Shown: piece by piece, positions 12,193 to 25,180 of the stretch | Layout: each line of letters starts with the position of its first letter | Numbering within the stretch: position 1 is the stretch's first letter | Assembly (NCBI RefSeq): GCF_030028105.1 | Contig: NC_092390.1 | Location: 37,492,777 to 37,556,776 of the forward strand | DNA: 64,000 nucleotides | Reading direction: 5' to 3' | DNA from: Mobula birostris | Taxonomy: Eukaryota | Made by a program: the position numbers and the translations under genes | The notes under the pieces: model-generated | Seen by the model: only the letters and a program-made list of their open reading frames with translations | Databases searched by the model: none | Told to the model about the DNA's origin: nothing

Positions 12193-12420
12193 TGTAACTC
12201 TGATCGAAGTCACTGGAGAGACACTGATCCTAGTGATAGAGAAGTCTTTATTCAGCACAACAAGCTGGAATCATTCTAGAAACATTCTTGGTAGAGGATC
12301 ACAAACCCAAAGATACATCACATCTTATATCCTGGAGATCAAACATAACAGTAAATGATTCAATACAAGTTCAATAGTTACAATAATAATGTTTACTTCT
12401 ATACTTTGGGTTGACAAATG
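12193..12420 (-). mobile_element. Possible 3' LTR of the ERV remnant
   Basis: Minus strand has a TATA-like ggatataaga, then aataaagacttctc, ending ...gagttaCA; lies downstream of the integrase in the same orientation. No matching 5' LTR found. Confidence 0.35.
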
Positions 12421-13129
12421 GTTCCTTTGAGACACATAGTGGATGCATATTGTAATTGATACAATGCCTCTGAAGGTCCAAACTCCTTTGGGAGAAACTA
12501 ATTAACACAAATATTCTAAAACCTTTTGATGACAGCAAGCCAGACCCACAAAATTAATGTTGTCAGGGCTATCTCTAAGTGCATAAATATGTAAGTACAG
12601 AAAAACTATTCATTGCCTATACCTGTGGCCATGTTTGGTATGCTAAGTGACAACATCCATCTGGTCTCCCAGTTTGCATTTGAATCACAATGGTGTAAAT
12701 AACTTAGCCATGTTGCCTAGTTTAATGCAAGCCAATTAACACAACCCCATTGTCTTAACATTTGCATCTAGCATATGGAATCTCATAGTCTGTGGAGCAA
12801 CCTATGCTTTAACTTCAATTTAATGCTTACAATTCACAAAAAAAAAACGAAGGCTAATTGCAAGCTTCCTGAACTTCTTTGAATTTACAATAAGAACTGA
12901 GGCCTGGTTCTTTTTTGAATTAGTATCCATTATATTCACACAACTCCAGAATCCTCCTCTTGTCCCAGGTAGGGCTAACTTCAAGGAACATCTAATTAAG
13001 CAAGGAATCAAAAATGCCCTTCAGTTCAGATCCCTTCCCCAGTTACTAGCAATGAGTATTTACATCTACACTGTGTAACATTTCTAATTGGCTATCTACA
13101 AGACTGCACAGAGATGGCAATAAAATGGA

Positions 13130-13432
13130 ACTAGGGGATACAGCCTCAAGATTCGGGGGAGTAAATTTAGGATGGAGATGCAGAGGGACTGCTTTTCCCA
13201 AAGAATGTTGAATCTGTGGAATTCTCTGCCCAATGAAGCAGTGGAGGCTACCTCAGTAAATATAATTAAGACAAGTTTGGATAGATTTTTGCATGGTAAG
13301 GGTATTAAGAGTTATGGGGGAAAGGCAGGTAGGTGGGGTTGAGTCCATGGTCAGATCAGCCATGATCTTATTGAATGGCAGAGCAGGTTTGATGGGCCAA
13401 ACGACCTATTCCTGCTCCTATTTCTTATGTTC
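13130..13432 (+). mobile_element. CR1 3' end fragment
   Basis: cagcctcaagatt...gaatctgtggaattctctgccc...cctgctcctatttcttatgttct. Confidence 0.9.
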
Positions 13433-15195
13433 TAGAAATTTGATCGCATAATCTTCACCCCTTCACTCTCTGATAAAACTATCAGCGGTAGCTGTCAGTA
13501 GTTACTCTGTGGGCAAGTTCACAGCAAGGCAACCTTGCTTCATGTTCACAGGCAACAGTTCACAATCCATAACACGACAGAAGATGATCAGAATGATGTT
13601 GACAACCAGCATTTTTGATTGACTTATGGGTAGGTTTAGAGTGGTCTCTGTTCAAATAGCTGCAAGGACCTCGTCCTGGTGGCACCCAATCCTGGACTGT
13701 CCTTTTGATCAGTGGCCCAGCTTATTTGTGGTCACTTCTCATTCAGCTGGTGTGACTCTCTTCCAATGCTGTACGTGATTTCTCCTGTTTCTCAGTCTGC
13801 CTTGCCATCGAGGTTGTAGAACTTGATGTCTGTGCCTTAATTCTGATCCCTTCCCACCTATCTTCTCCCAATATCTTTCTATTCTGATCTCTTCAAATAA
13901 TCAACTGCCTCCGAGAATCAGCCTTTATTAGAAAGTATAGTTATACTTTGAACTTTATGCATCTGCGTTCCTGTTCTATTTCACCTGTGGTCAGATGTGC
14001 CACTGCAGGCTTGTGTTCGTCACTGAGATTCTCTGTAATTACATTGTCAATTGGTGCACTTGATTCCTTGTTCTGTCTGTGAGAGTGACAAGAAGGTGAG
14101 TCATACTGTTTAAACTGACTCTGGTATTTCTGCTAGGTTTGTACACAAACATAACTCTCCTTTGCCAGACGCACCACAGGTCATATCCACCTGGGCGCAC
14201 ACTCTGCCTTTTCAGACAGCTTCTTTTCCATGACTTGGTCTCCCAACAATGGGAGGGTTATCTTATCTCCCTCTGGCTCTCTCTGATCAGCACTGTTTTG
14301 CAGTTGTTTTGCTCTGTCCCTGAACACTTTAAGATGGTTACAGAGGCCTTTTATGTACTGGATCATTTTATCCCTATAATTTCCCGGTTCACTGCAACCT
14401 GTAATTACCCCATAAGTGAGCCATATTGCTTGCCCTGTCAGTAATTCATTGGGGCTCAGAACCAGTGTGCGATTTGGGGTTGGTCACAATCTCACCAGGA
14501 TTCATAGCAATACATCAACCCATGTCTTTCCCATCTCTGTTAGAGCTTTAGCTAAGTTTAGGTTGTTCAGTTCATCCTTTTCTACCATTCCAGAGCTCTG
14601 AGGGTGGTGGGGTACATGGACTCATTGTCAAATCCTTAAGAACTTGTACATTTCTGTCATCAATTTCACTGTGAAATGTGCTTCCCGATCTGAGTCCACC
14701 TGGGCTGAGGTTCCCCACCTGGAGAGGATTTCCTGTGCCACTGCGCTGTCGGTACAAAACCTCATTACAAAAGCCTCAGCCTAGTGGGTGAACTAATCCA
14801 TGATCACTAGACAGCTTTCCCCCCGGCTTTATGGCACGTGTCCCATGAAATCCATCTGAATGTTTTTCCAGGGCCCCCTCAACCATGGCTGGTTTGCCAA
14901 CTGCATTTTTGTGCCTTTAGCAGAGTTACACTGGGCACAAATGATATAATAGCGATGCAATTTCTCAACATCTCTGCCCATCCTTGGCCATCACCAGGCC
15001 TGCTGGAGGGTCATGATCACATTGTGCCTTCCCTGATGCGTTATCCCGTGGTATAACTTCCGTAGTACCTGCCTAATACATGGTGGAGCTGTGGCGACTC
15101 CTGCCTCCCCATGGGTCCAGTTCCCATCTGGTCCCTCCTTTGCTCCCTCTCTCCTCTGTTTCTCCTCTTCCTCTGCCTTCACCTCATATAATTTT

Positions 15196-16527
15196 TTTTC
15201 TTTCTTTTTTTTTGTAATTTATTTTTTATTGAATTTCATCATCAAACAAACATTTCCATAAGATGTATTTCAGACATTGTACATATATATCATATAACCA
15301 TATAGCCATATAACAATTACAGCAATCATATTTGTCACAAATCTCCACATAATATTTACCTGAGGTATACACTTACAGAAAGAAGAGGAAAGAAAGAACA
15401 ATCGAAAGAAGAAAACCATGTACAGAGTAGGGAGTGATCTTTTTTTTTACAACATACTGTATTCATTGACTTGTGAGAATAAAATCAGGCCTATGAGGTG
15501 TTATATAGTTAAGCCATTTTTCCAGTATAAATAAAATTGTTCCAACTTATGATCAACAGATCTTGTTATCTTCTCCATTTTGTAAATGTCCATTGTAATT
15601 TCCATCCATACATTTAGAGTTGGGCTCTCCTGTGATAACCATTTCCTGGTAAGGGTCTGTTTACCAGCCACCAGCAGTATATTCATTAAATATTTATCTC
15701 TTTTCAACCATTCTTGAGGTATGTACCCAAAATATATAGTCTTACTTTTTGAGGGTATTTCACATTTAAAGATGTCTTGTAGAGCATTATGTATCCCACT
15801 CCAATAGTCTTTGATGACGGGGCATTCCCAGGAAATATGATAATGGTTTGCATTTTGATTTCCACAATTTCTCCAGCAAATAGGGGGGTTATTATCATAA
15901 TGGGATTTCTGAGAGGGTGTAATAAAATATCTTATCAAGCTTTTCCACCCGTACTCCCTCCATTTCTGTGAACTGGTACACTTCCATTGATACCTCTATA
16001 TTATTGTCCAGTCTTCCTCAGATATTATTATCCCTCCTTCCTTCTCCCACTTTGTTTTAATGTATGAAGTCAAATGTATTTTATGATTTGACAAACCCTT
16101 ATACACACTTGAAATGATTTTACTACCGTTGTCTGAATTATATGCTTTTCTAAACAGCTCTATCAGACACATACCTGCCTTAGTTACATTTTTAACCATT
16201 CTATTAACATACTGTCTCATCTGTACCAGTAAAGGTCTTGTGTTTCTATTAAGTGTTTCTCTTTGAGCATTTCAAAACTGAACAGTGTTCCTTCTTTCAT
16301 TATATTGCAAATAGCTGTTATTCCTTTAGCTGTCCAGTCCTTAAATCTAGCATCCAGTTTACTCGGTGTAAGATCCGAGTCTTATGCACACCATTTAAGA
16401 ATTGCAATGTCTTTCTCTAGTTTATATTCTTTTATAATAGTTTTCCATACTTTAAGAGTCCATTTCACCCACGGGTTGTCAATATTATTTATGTAACTTT
16501 GTAGGTTATTATCAGCCAACATCCTCT
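15196..16527 (-). mobile_element. 5'-truncated L1-clade LINE (ORF2 C-terminus, 3'UTR, poly(A))
   Basis: CWRNCGNQNANHYHISWECP zinc knuckle, IKTKWEKE, W-AKGI; T-rich tail at ~15191-15228; TSD tcatataatttt at 15184-15195 and 16528-16539. Confidence 0.9.
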
Positions 16528-16558
16528 TCATATAATTTTACTAAACTTGCTCCAGTAG

Positions 16559-16692
16559 AGACCCACCAAAGGATTTCAGCCCGAAACATCGACTGTACTT
16601 TTTTCCCATAGTTGCTGCCTGGCCTGCTGAGTTCCTCCAGCATTTTGTGTGTGTTGCTCGGATTTCCAGCATCTGCATATTTTCTCTTGTTT
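16559..16692 (+). mobile_element. Penelope-like pLTR fragment
   Basis: gcccgaaacatcgactg...gctgcctggcctgctgagttcctccagcattttgtgtgtgttgc...tccagcatctgca; flanked by tccagtag direct repeats. Confidence 0.85.
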
Positions 16693-17519
16693 CCAGTAGT
16701 TTCTTCCTGGAATTCTTGCAATTTCAGTTTCGTCTTGTTCTTCTGCTGCCCTTTTTGCCCTGACACCTGCCCCCGTTCATTCCCTTTCTGCTGCTTACTC
16801 TCCCCTTTCTGGTGAGCCATTCCTTTAATCACTGCAACCTCTGCTGGCAGTCTCTCTGCTTCCAGCAGTTCTTGTGTTAAGAGCCTGAGCTGAACACCTG
16901 CCTGCTGCCCCTGTTGAGGTTACTCACCGAAACCTCAGCAGAATTGAAATTCTGCCCGTTCTCACCGGAGAATCCGTATATGGTGATTCTTTTCAATAAT
17001 GTTGAGACTTCAGTATATGAATCTACCTCAGAATGACAGTACTTATCAACAAAATCCAGATTTTTCCCCCCTCGTAAACTGATAACCTAATTTGTAGGGA
17101 TCACGGCACAGAACTGCATGATCATGATGGACTGGTCACAGGACTACATGCTTCATGAGAGCAGCTGAGATTCAAAAAGACTGGATGTAGACATCAAAAA
17201 AGGCAAGAGGAGAAAGAACAGATCACATGTATCGAGTACATATATGCCTTTAATCTCCACATGTGATGAATATCTGATGCCTTGTTGTGTCAGTTGCTAA
17301 TTGAGTGTTTACATTCAGTAGAGAACATTCATTGACAGGTTCTAGCCTAGTGAGAAGTCTTACTGACAGCACAAATAGAACCTATAATGCTACATAGGGA
17401 ACAAAGATGGAAGGCAATCAAATACAAGGTTACAGAAGATTGGATTCGCAATGTAGAATAGTGATGATGTCAGACAGTGGGTCTAATGGACATATTGGTG
17501 ACCCGTAAAAGTACGGTAC

Positions 17520-18760
17520 GGGTCTTAACAAATAAAGAGCCCATGGTATTACAGGAAGGGTACTGGCATGGATAGAGCCTTGACTGATTGGCAAAGAATG
17601 GGAATAAAAGGAGCCTTTTCTAATTGGCTGCCTGTAACTACTGGTGTTGCACAGGGATCTGTGTTGGGACTGCTTCTTTTTACATTAAATGTAAATGACT
17701 TGGATGACAGAATTGATAGCTTTGTGGTAACGTTTGAGGATTATACAAAGATAGGTGGAGGGCAGTTATTTCTGAGGAAGTAGAGAGGCTACAGAAGGGC
17801 TTAGACAGATTAGGAGAACGGGCAAAGAAGTGGCAGGTGGAATACAATGTCAGGAAGTGTATGGTCAAGCACTTTGGTAGAAAAATAAAAGCGTAGACTA
17901 TTTTCTAAATGGAGAGAAAATTCAGAAACCTAAGGTGCAAGGGGACTTGGGAATCCTCGTGCAGGATTCCCTAAAGGTTAATTTTCAGATTGAGTTGTTG
18001 GTGAGGAAGGCAAGTGCCATGTTAGCATTCATTTTGAAAGGACTAAAATATAAAAACAAGGATGCAATGTTGAGTCTTTATCAGGCAGTGCTGAGGCTTC
18101 AGCTGGTGTATTGTGAGCAGTTTTGGGCCTCTTATCTAAGAAGGGATGTGCTGATGTTGGAGAGGGTTCAAAGGAAGTTCACGAAAATGACTCCAGGATT
18201 GAAAGGCTTATAAGATAAGGAATTAAGAAGAATGAGGGGGATCTCATTGAAAGCGGTGCTGGCCCGAAGGGCTGAATGGCCTACTCCTACACCTATTGTC
18301 TATTGTCTAAACCTATTGAAAGTCGAAAGGCCTCAGTAGAATAGTTGTTAAGAGGATGCCTCCTATGGTGGGGGAGTCTAGGACCAGAGGACACAGCCTC
18401 AGAATAGAGAGACATCTATTTAGAACGGAGATGTGGAGGAATTTCTTTAGCCAGAGAGTGGTGAATCTGTAGGATGATTGCCACAGGCAGCTGTGGAGAC
18501 CAAGTCAATGGTTATATTTAAGGCAGAGGCTGATAGATTCTTGATTAGTCAGGGCATGAAGAGATACGGGAGAAGGCAGGAGACTGTATTTAAGGCAGAG
18601 GTTGATAGATTCTTGATTAGTCAGGGCATGAAGAGATATGGGAGAAGGCAGGAGATTGGTGCTGAGAGAGAGATAGGTCAGCCATGATGAAATGGTGGAG
18701 CAGCCTCAATGGGCCCAATGGCCTAATTCTGCTCCTACATCTTATGGCCCCATGGTCTTA
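17520..18760 (+). mobile_element. CR1 LINE 3' half, with a nested CR1 tail (~18253-18308) and a 72-bp tandem duplication (18515-18658)
   Basis: WLPVTTGVAQGSVLG, QGDLGILVQD, LVYCEQFWAS, LERVQRKFTKM; CR1 3' end. Confidence 0.92.
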
Positions 18761-18859
18761 ACATTTACCCTGTACATGGAATAAATTGTTCCCAAGAACA
18801 AATTACATCCTTGAGGTCTCAGAAAAGAACGCAGAACAGAGCATGTTCACCACTCATTA

Positions 18860-19260
18860 AACATAGAACAGTACAGCACAGGAACAGGCCCTTTGACCCA
18901 TCATTGGCCCACAAAATTATGTCTAATTAAGCTAATTCTTTCTCCCTGCACATGCTCTATATCTTACACATACTCATGTGCCTTTCTAAGAGCCTCTTTA
19001 ACACCTTGATCATATTTACTCGAACACGACCCCCTGCAGCCATTCCAGACCCCCATCATTTCCGTAAAAGTACACTTGTCCCACGCATCACCTCTGAACT
19101 ATTCCCCCTCCAACCTTCAATACATACCTTCTAGTGTGAGACATTTCTACCCTGTGGGAAAGACATCAGCTCTCTGTTTATGGCTCTCAATTTTGCAAAT
19201 TTATATTAGTTCTCCCCTCAGCCTCTGCCGCTGCAGAAAAATAGCCTGATCACTCCATTA
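18860..19260 (-). mobile_element. CR1 3' fragment
   Basis: acatagaacagtacagcacaggaacaggcccttt...tctcccctcagcctc, reverse of a CR1 3' end. Confidence 0.75.
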
Positions 19261-19439
19261 CTGGCTTGTGACACTATGAGCAGTTGTTCTGCAAGAGACC
19301 ACTGCGACACTGAGGGATTGGTTTGCATTGTACTCCAAAGATGAGTTTGTCAAATGTACATGTAGGTACAGGTGAAATGAGATAGATAGATCTGAAGGTG
19401 GGAAGTAATATCCCAGAGATTAATTGGGCTACTCAGTGC

Positions 19440-20290
19440 GGCTTCTTATGTTCGTACACATTTCAATTGTCATACCAGACGGTGGTGCAGCCAATCAGCA
19501 GTACAGCTGTATAAGTTGGAAGGTTCAGCTTGTCACTGAAAACTCTAACAAAGTAAAGATACTGACGAGCCTTCCTCATGATTGCATCCAATAGGCAGGG
19601 TGCAAGAATAGGTCATCTGATATGTCAATACCCAGGAATTTAAAGCTACTGTCTCTCTCCTCTGCCAATCTCCCGATGTAGACTCCTTCCAATCTCCTAA
19701 TGTTTACCCAAGTTCCCATCTCCCATTCTTCACCCCTCTTCCTTTCTCTGAAGTCAACAATCAGCTCTTTAGCTTTACTGACATTAAGTAAGAGGTTTTT
19801 GCTGAGGCACCACTCAACCAGCTGATTAGTCCTGCACTGGTAAGTCCAACACTTTGGCAAATACGTGTATGGCATTGCAACTGTGCTTAGCTGTAAGCAC
19901 TGCAAATTCTGGGTGAACTGCTGTGCATTACCTATAGTCATAGTCATACTTTATTGATCCCGGGGGAAATTGGTTTTCATTACAGTTGCACCATAAATAA
20001 TAAATAGTAATAAAACCATAAATAGTTAAATAGCAATATGTAAATTATGTCAGTAAATTATGAAATAAGTCCAGGACCAGCCTATTGGCTCAGGGTGTCT
20101 GACCCTCCAAGGGAGGAGTTGTAAAGTTTGATGGTCACAGGCAGGAATGACTTCCTATGACGCTCTGTGTTGCATCTCGGTGGAATGAGTCTCTGGCTGA
20201 ATGTACTCCTGTGCCCACCCAGTACATTATGTAGTGGATGGGAGACATTGTCCAAGATGGCATGCAACTTAGACAGCATCCTCTTTTCTG
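19440..20290 (-). mobile_element. Rex1/Babar LINE fragments (older 19440-19840; younger 3' end 19935-20290 with (CATAGT)n tail)
   Basis: WCLSKNLLLNVSKAKELIVDFR, FKFLGI; ILDNVSHPLH...CNTERHRKSFLP. Confidence 0.85.
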
Positions 20291-20669
20291 GTACGAAGGT
20301 ACCTGGTACGAAGCTACAGACAAGAACTCCAAATGATAAGGATAGTGATTGGGAAGGACTAACTAGATCATTGGTGAAGTTCTGTAACACTGGCACAATA
20401 CCAATAAGTGTACATAAGCTTTTGATACTGTCCAATAATCTTTTTACCAACTCATCCAATCGTATCATTGAAAAGAATACGCAGAAGCTGAACCCATTCA
20501 ACAATAACCAAAACTAATTCCCCATGTTTGGCAATTCAAATGGTGGCATTTTTTTTCTTCTTCTTCTATATTATGTATTGTATTGAGCTGCCGCTGCTAA
20601 GTTAACAAATTTCCCGACACATGCCGATGATAATAAACCTGATTCTGATTCTGATTCTGAATTTATAGA

Positions 20670-21370
20670 ACTTAGAACATACAACAGCACAACACAGAAA
20701 CACGCTCTGTGGCCCATGATGTCTGTGCTGAACATGCTGCCAAATTAAAATCAATCTCTTCTGCCTGCACATGATCCATATCCCTCCATTCCTTGTATAT
20801 TCATGAGGCCACCAAAAAGCCTCTTAAATGCCATTATCATAGCGGTTTTGATCATTCTCTCTGGCAATCTGTTCCAGGTACCAACAACACTGTGCTAATA
20901 AACCTGCCCCATACCTTTCCCCACTCATTTTAAATGCTTACCCTTTAGTACTTGATGTTTCCACTGGGAAAAAAACCCTATCTGTTTTTATTTTTGAGAT
21001 ACAGTGCAGGATAGGCCCTTCCAGCCCTTCAAGACACGCCACGCAGAAACTCTCGATTTAAACCTAGCCTGATCATGTGACAATTTACAATGACCAATTA
21101 ACCTACCAACTTGTACACCTTTGGACTGTGGGATGAAACCGGATTACCCGGGAAAAACCCCACAGATCCCACAGGGAGGCCATACGGACTCCTTATAGAT
21201 AATGTCAGAATTGAACTCCGAACCCTGACATCCCAAGCTGCAACAGCATTGCGTTAACCACCACACTATCATGGCGCCCAAAGCCTCACCAAAATTTATA
21301 ATCAGGTCTCCCCTCAGTCTTTCCTGCTCCAGGGAAATGACTTGATTGCTCCATTACTGGCTTGTGACAT
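20670..21370 (-). mobile_element. CR1 3' fragment with nested tRNA-SINE (~20995-21280)
   Basis: CR1 tail reversed; SINE block acatgacaatttaca-like...tttggactgtggga..aaaccgga...ttgaactc...ttaaccaccacactatcatggcgccc. Confidence 0.7.
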
Positions 21371-21399
21371 GTACGAGCAGTTGGAGAAACGGGTCTCTG

Positions 21400-22740
21400 A
21401 TTCAGGTCGTGGTTTCGATTCGTACAGTTTATCATATTAGGATTTTATTAAGACCGTCAACAAAGTCTCACCTGGTAGACTGGTCTGGAAGGCAAGGTCC
21501 CACAGAATGCAGGGGGATCTAATTAAGTGGATTCAAAATTGGCTCGGAGGTAGTTTCTAGAAATGGATGTCGGTGACTAACCGTGCGTTGCAGTGGTTGG
21601 TGTTGGGACCCTTGTGATTTGTCAATAAATGATTTAGATGGTGAATCCACAAGGTTGGATCAGTAAGTGATCAATGTGGGGCTCGGGGCTCGGTAGTGTA
21701 GCAGTTAGCTCCGACTGTATGTTAAGAGTTAAATTGCTCTGTGTAAGATGGTTGTATGCACTGTCCCTGACTGTGTGGGCTTCCTTCCATCGTCACAGAC
21801 ATACGATTAAGGTTAGTGAGTTGCATGCATGCTATGTTGGCACTGGAAGCATGGCCCAGCTCAATCCTCACTGATCTGATTTGACCCAAAACAACATTTA
21901 AATTTACGTGTGACAAATAAAACTAAACTTGCTTTTTAAGTTTGCACAAAATTAGGTATTGTTGATGGTAAAGAATATTATCATAGATTACATGGGGATT
22001 TTGATCAGTTAGGGAAGTAGGTTAAGGAGTGGCATATGGACCTTATTATAGATAAGTGCAAAGGAAGGCCAAACTAGTGTAGGACTTACACTATGATAGG
22101 GCATTAGGGAGTGTAATAGAACAGAGGGACTTAGGAGTACAAGTTCAGGGTTAACTGAAAGTGGCATCACAGGTAGGCAGGATGGTGTAAAAGGCATTTA
22201 GTATGTTGGCCTTCATCAGACAGGGCACTGAGCATTGGAGTCGGACATTATGTTGCAGACATACAAGTCGTAGGTGAGACCACACTTGGAGTACTGAAAG
22301 ATGTGGTTCAATTGGAAAGAAAAAAATTCTGAGGATGCTGCTTGGACTAAAAGGACCTGAGCTACGGGGAGAGGTTGATCAGACTAAGTCTTTATTCCTG
22401 GATCACAGGAGAATGAGAGAATCATGTAGAAATGTTTAAAATTATGAGAGGCTTAGATACAGTGCATGGTAATAGTCCTTTCCCCAGGGTAGGAGAGGCC
22501 AAAACCCTTATAGATTTAGAGTGAGAGGGGAAGATTTAAAAGGGACCCGTGGGGCAATTTTTTTCATGCAGTAGATGGAACAAGATTCCACAAGTGGTTG
22601 AGGCAGGTACAATAATATAATTTATGATCTATTTGCAGAGGTACATGGAGGTGTGGAACTTATATGGAACAAACGCAAGAAATTGGGACAAACTGGATGT
22701 GCATGATGGTTGACATGGAATTATTGGACCAAAGGGCTTG
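21400..22740 (+). mobile_element. Old CR1 fragment with nested SINE (~21685-21935)
   Basis: tggattcaaaattggctc, agggacttaggagtacaagt, gagaccacacttggagtactg, agtgagaggggaagatttaaaagggacc. Confidence 0.8.
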
Positions 22741-22958
22741 GAGGAGGAACGTCGACTCAGACCATGAGAGGCCTGTGTCGAGCATTTTCATGCCTTACAA
22801 GGCGCAGACTGGAAGTCTGCGTGGGGCGCCACTCCTCGCGCAATGTGTGATTAAGTGCCTTGCTCAAGGGCACAAACACGCTGCCACAGCAGAAGCTCAA
22901 ACTAGTGACCTGGAGATAACTAGACAAACGCCTTAACAACTTGGCCACGTGCCCAACA
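22741..22958 (-). mobile_element. tRNA-derived SINE
   Basis: Minus strand starts gttgggcacgtggccaagttgttaaggcg (A-box-like) and contains gtgcccttgagcaaggcacttaa; 11-bp TSD caaagggcttg at 22730-22740 and 22959-22969. Confidence 0.85.
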
Positions 22959-23910
22959 CAAAGGGCTTGAATTGCTCTGTATTCTTCCAGTTCAATAAAA
23001 TCCATGCTATTGTAACATCTCCTCATCACCCAGAGTCTAACAGCGAGATCTTTTTGAAATCTTCTTCTGTACATTGGCTGTATGTCTGTCTTTATTTATG
23101 TATGGCTTTTCATAAATTCTACTGTATTTCTTTATTTTCCTATTAATGCCTGCAAGGAAATGGATCATAAGGCAGTATATGGTAACACACATACTTTAAT
23201 AATGAATTTCCTTTGACTTTGAATTACCCATCTGCATCGTGATAGGAGACAGTAAAGTGGAATTTACTAGGAAAGGGTTCAGAGTGGACCACGTATCATG
23301 GCTGGTATTCTGCTAAGTATATGGATCCATCCTTACTCCATTATAGGATATTCCCGAGCTTTGCCAATGATTTCAGCAAAGTTTGGCAGAGCCCAATAGA
23401 AAGGAACAAGCAGAGAGAAAGAAGAGGAGCCAGATTGGGTGTCAGAAGTTACACGCCCAAGAGATCTGGTCCATATAGGAGACACAGAATGTTCTTACTC
23501 ACAGACAGGGGAATGATCATAGAAATAGATGAGCTCAGGAAGAACATGCCAACAAAATGGTGACCAAGGACCTGTACAGCATCAGCCAGAGATAGGCATT
23601 ATGATGTAACAAATGCTGAATGAGACACCAGTCTGGACATACAGGAGATACAAACTCAAAATGACATGCAGCCTGCAGAAAGAGGTCAATTAAGGGTGTT
23701 CAGAGCCAATACTTCAGGGAGCAACAAAAACACTTTGCAGTTAAGGAGATCTCAGAGTTTGGGAGCATTTGTGCCCAGGCTAAATTTGACTGAGTTTATA
23801 TATAAATATGTTATATGAAGAAATATATGTTTATAGCTAATTGATGGTATAAGATGAAGATTGGTAATTAAAATGGCGTTGATACATTTTAAAAAAGTAA
23901 TGTGGGTATA

Positions 23911-25180
23911 CAATGGATTTTAATTAATCGGGCTACATCAGGACCAGTACATTTTGGCCCAATCAAGCAGCTGCCCAACTAGCTGAAATTTCATGGAAAT
24001 AGTGAAAACGGTATAAAAAAGGCCAACTACCATTTGAGTAACAAGTTATGTATTTAAATGAATTACAGAACAATTAGCATATTACCAATACTGCCGCAGT
24101 ATTATAAAACAGTGTAAACAACAGGAATCACCTACGCTCTGTCCACCAGAGAAAGCAGGATCTCCTAGTGGCCACACATTTTAATTTCACATCCCATTCC
24201 CATTCTGACATGTCTATCCACGGCCTCCTCTACTGTAAAGATGAAGCCACACTCAGGTTGGAGGAACAACACCTTATATTCCATCTGGATAGCCTCCAAC
24301 CTGATGGCATGAACATCGACTTCTCTAATTTCTGCTAATGCCCCACCTCCCCCTCGTACCCCATCTGTTACTTATTTTTATACACACATTCTTTCTCTCA
24401 CTCTCCTTTTTCTCCCTCTGTCCCTCTGAATATACCCCTTGCCCATCCTCTGGGTCCCCTCCTCTGCCCTCCTTGTCTTTCTTCCCGGATCTCCTGTCCC
24501 ATGATCCTCTCGTATCCCTTTTGCTTATCACCTGTCCAGCTCTTGGCTCCATCCCTTCCCCTCCTGTCTTCTCTTATCATTTTGGATCTCTCCCTCCCCC
24601 TGCAACTTTCAAATCCCTTACTCACTCTTCCTTCAGTTAGTCCTGATGAAGGGTCTCAGCCTGAAACGTCAACTGCACCTCTTCCTAGAGATGCTGCCTG
24701 GCCTGCTGCGTTCACCAGCAACTTTTATGTGTGTTGCTTATAAAACAGTGTATTGGTTCCTAATCATCACTGATGGAGAAATTCATCCAGTGTATACTGC
24801 CGTACTCTTTTGGTTAACTGTAAATGAACAAAATCTCAGTAGAGACAATGCTATTGACGATCGTATCTTCCATTGATATTTCTCCCCAATGACCAGTCAC
24901 AAAAATCACTGCTTTTTGAACACAAACACGCACAACTGATGTTAATTAAAATCTGATTGCTCTAAGCACAGTGTAGAGTCTACTGGCCATGCAAATACGT
25001 GCGATTGACACTAGTTATAAACTGATCAAAAACAGTCTCCTGTCCCAACTAAGCAGCATAATGTCCCAAATAAAGGAAGGGAACCCTGGCCATTTTCTCA
25101 ATCAGTTTTTGTTCTTTAAAAGTTGTCTCAAATAAGTGGCTGCCCAATTAACGGATTGCTGAATGAACCAGAATCCCCTG
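23911..25180 (+). mobile_element. Tigger/pogo-like non-autonomous DNA element
   Basis: TA-flanked imperfect TIRs caatggattttaattaatcggg / gaatgaaccagaatcccctg; homologous to 38535-39578 in opposite orientation. Confidence 0.8.
24117..24737 (+). mobile_element. Penelope-like element 3' part (GIY-YIG end and pLTR with hammerhead motif)
   Basis: HLRSV...DLLVATHFN...HSHSDMSIHGLLYC...LRLEEQHLIFHLDSLQPDGMNIDFSNF; perfect 15-bp TSD ttataaaacagtgta at 24102-24116 and 24738-24752. Confidence 0.93.

Larger units (their letters stand above)
14095..17100 (-). mobile_element. Endogenous retrovirus remnant (class I, gamma/epsilon-like pol: RNase H and integrase), interrupted by L1 and Penelope insertions
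   Basis: RNase H ELLEAERLPAEVAVIKGMAHQKGE...GNE (~16770-16880); integrase HHCC YHGITHQG...IICAQCN, core GPWKNIQMDF, DSDREAHFT, HHPQSSGMVERMN (14570-15070); many stops and frameshifts. Confidence 0.8.

Noticed and set aside
18515-18658. 72-bp direct repeat as a CRISPR-like or regulatory array
   Set aside because: Only two adjacent units with no spacer; a local tandem duplication within a CR1 3' region.
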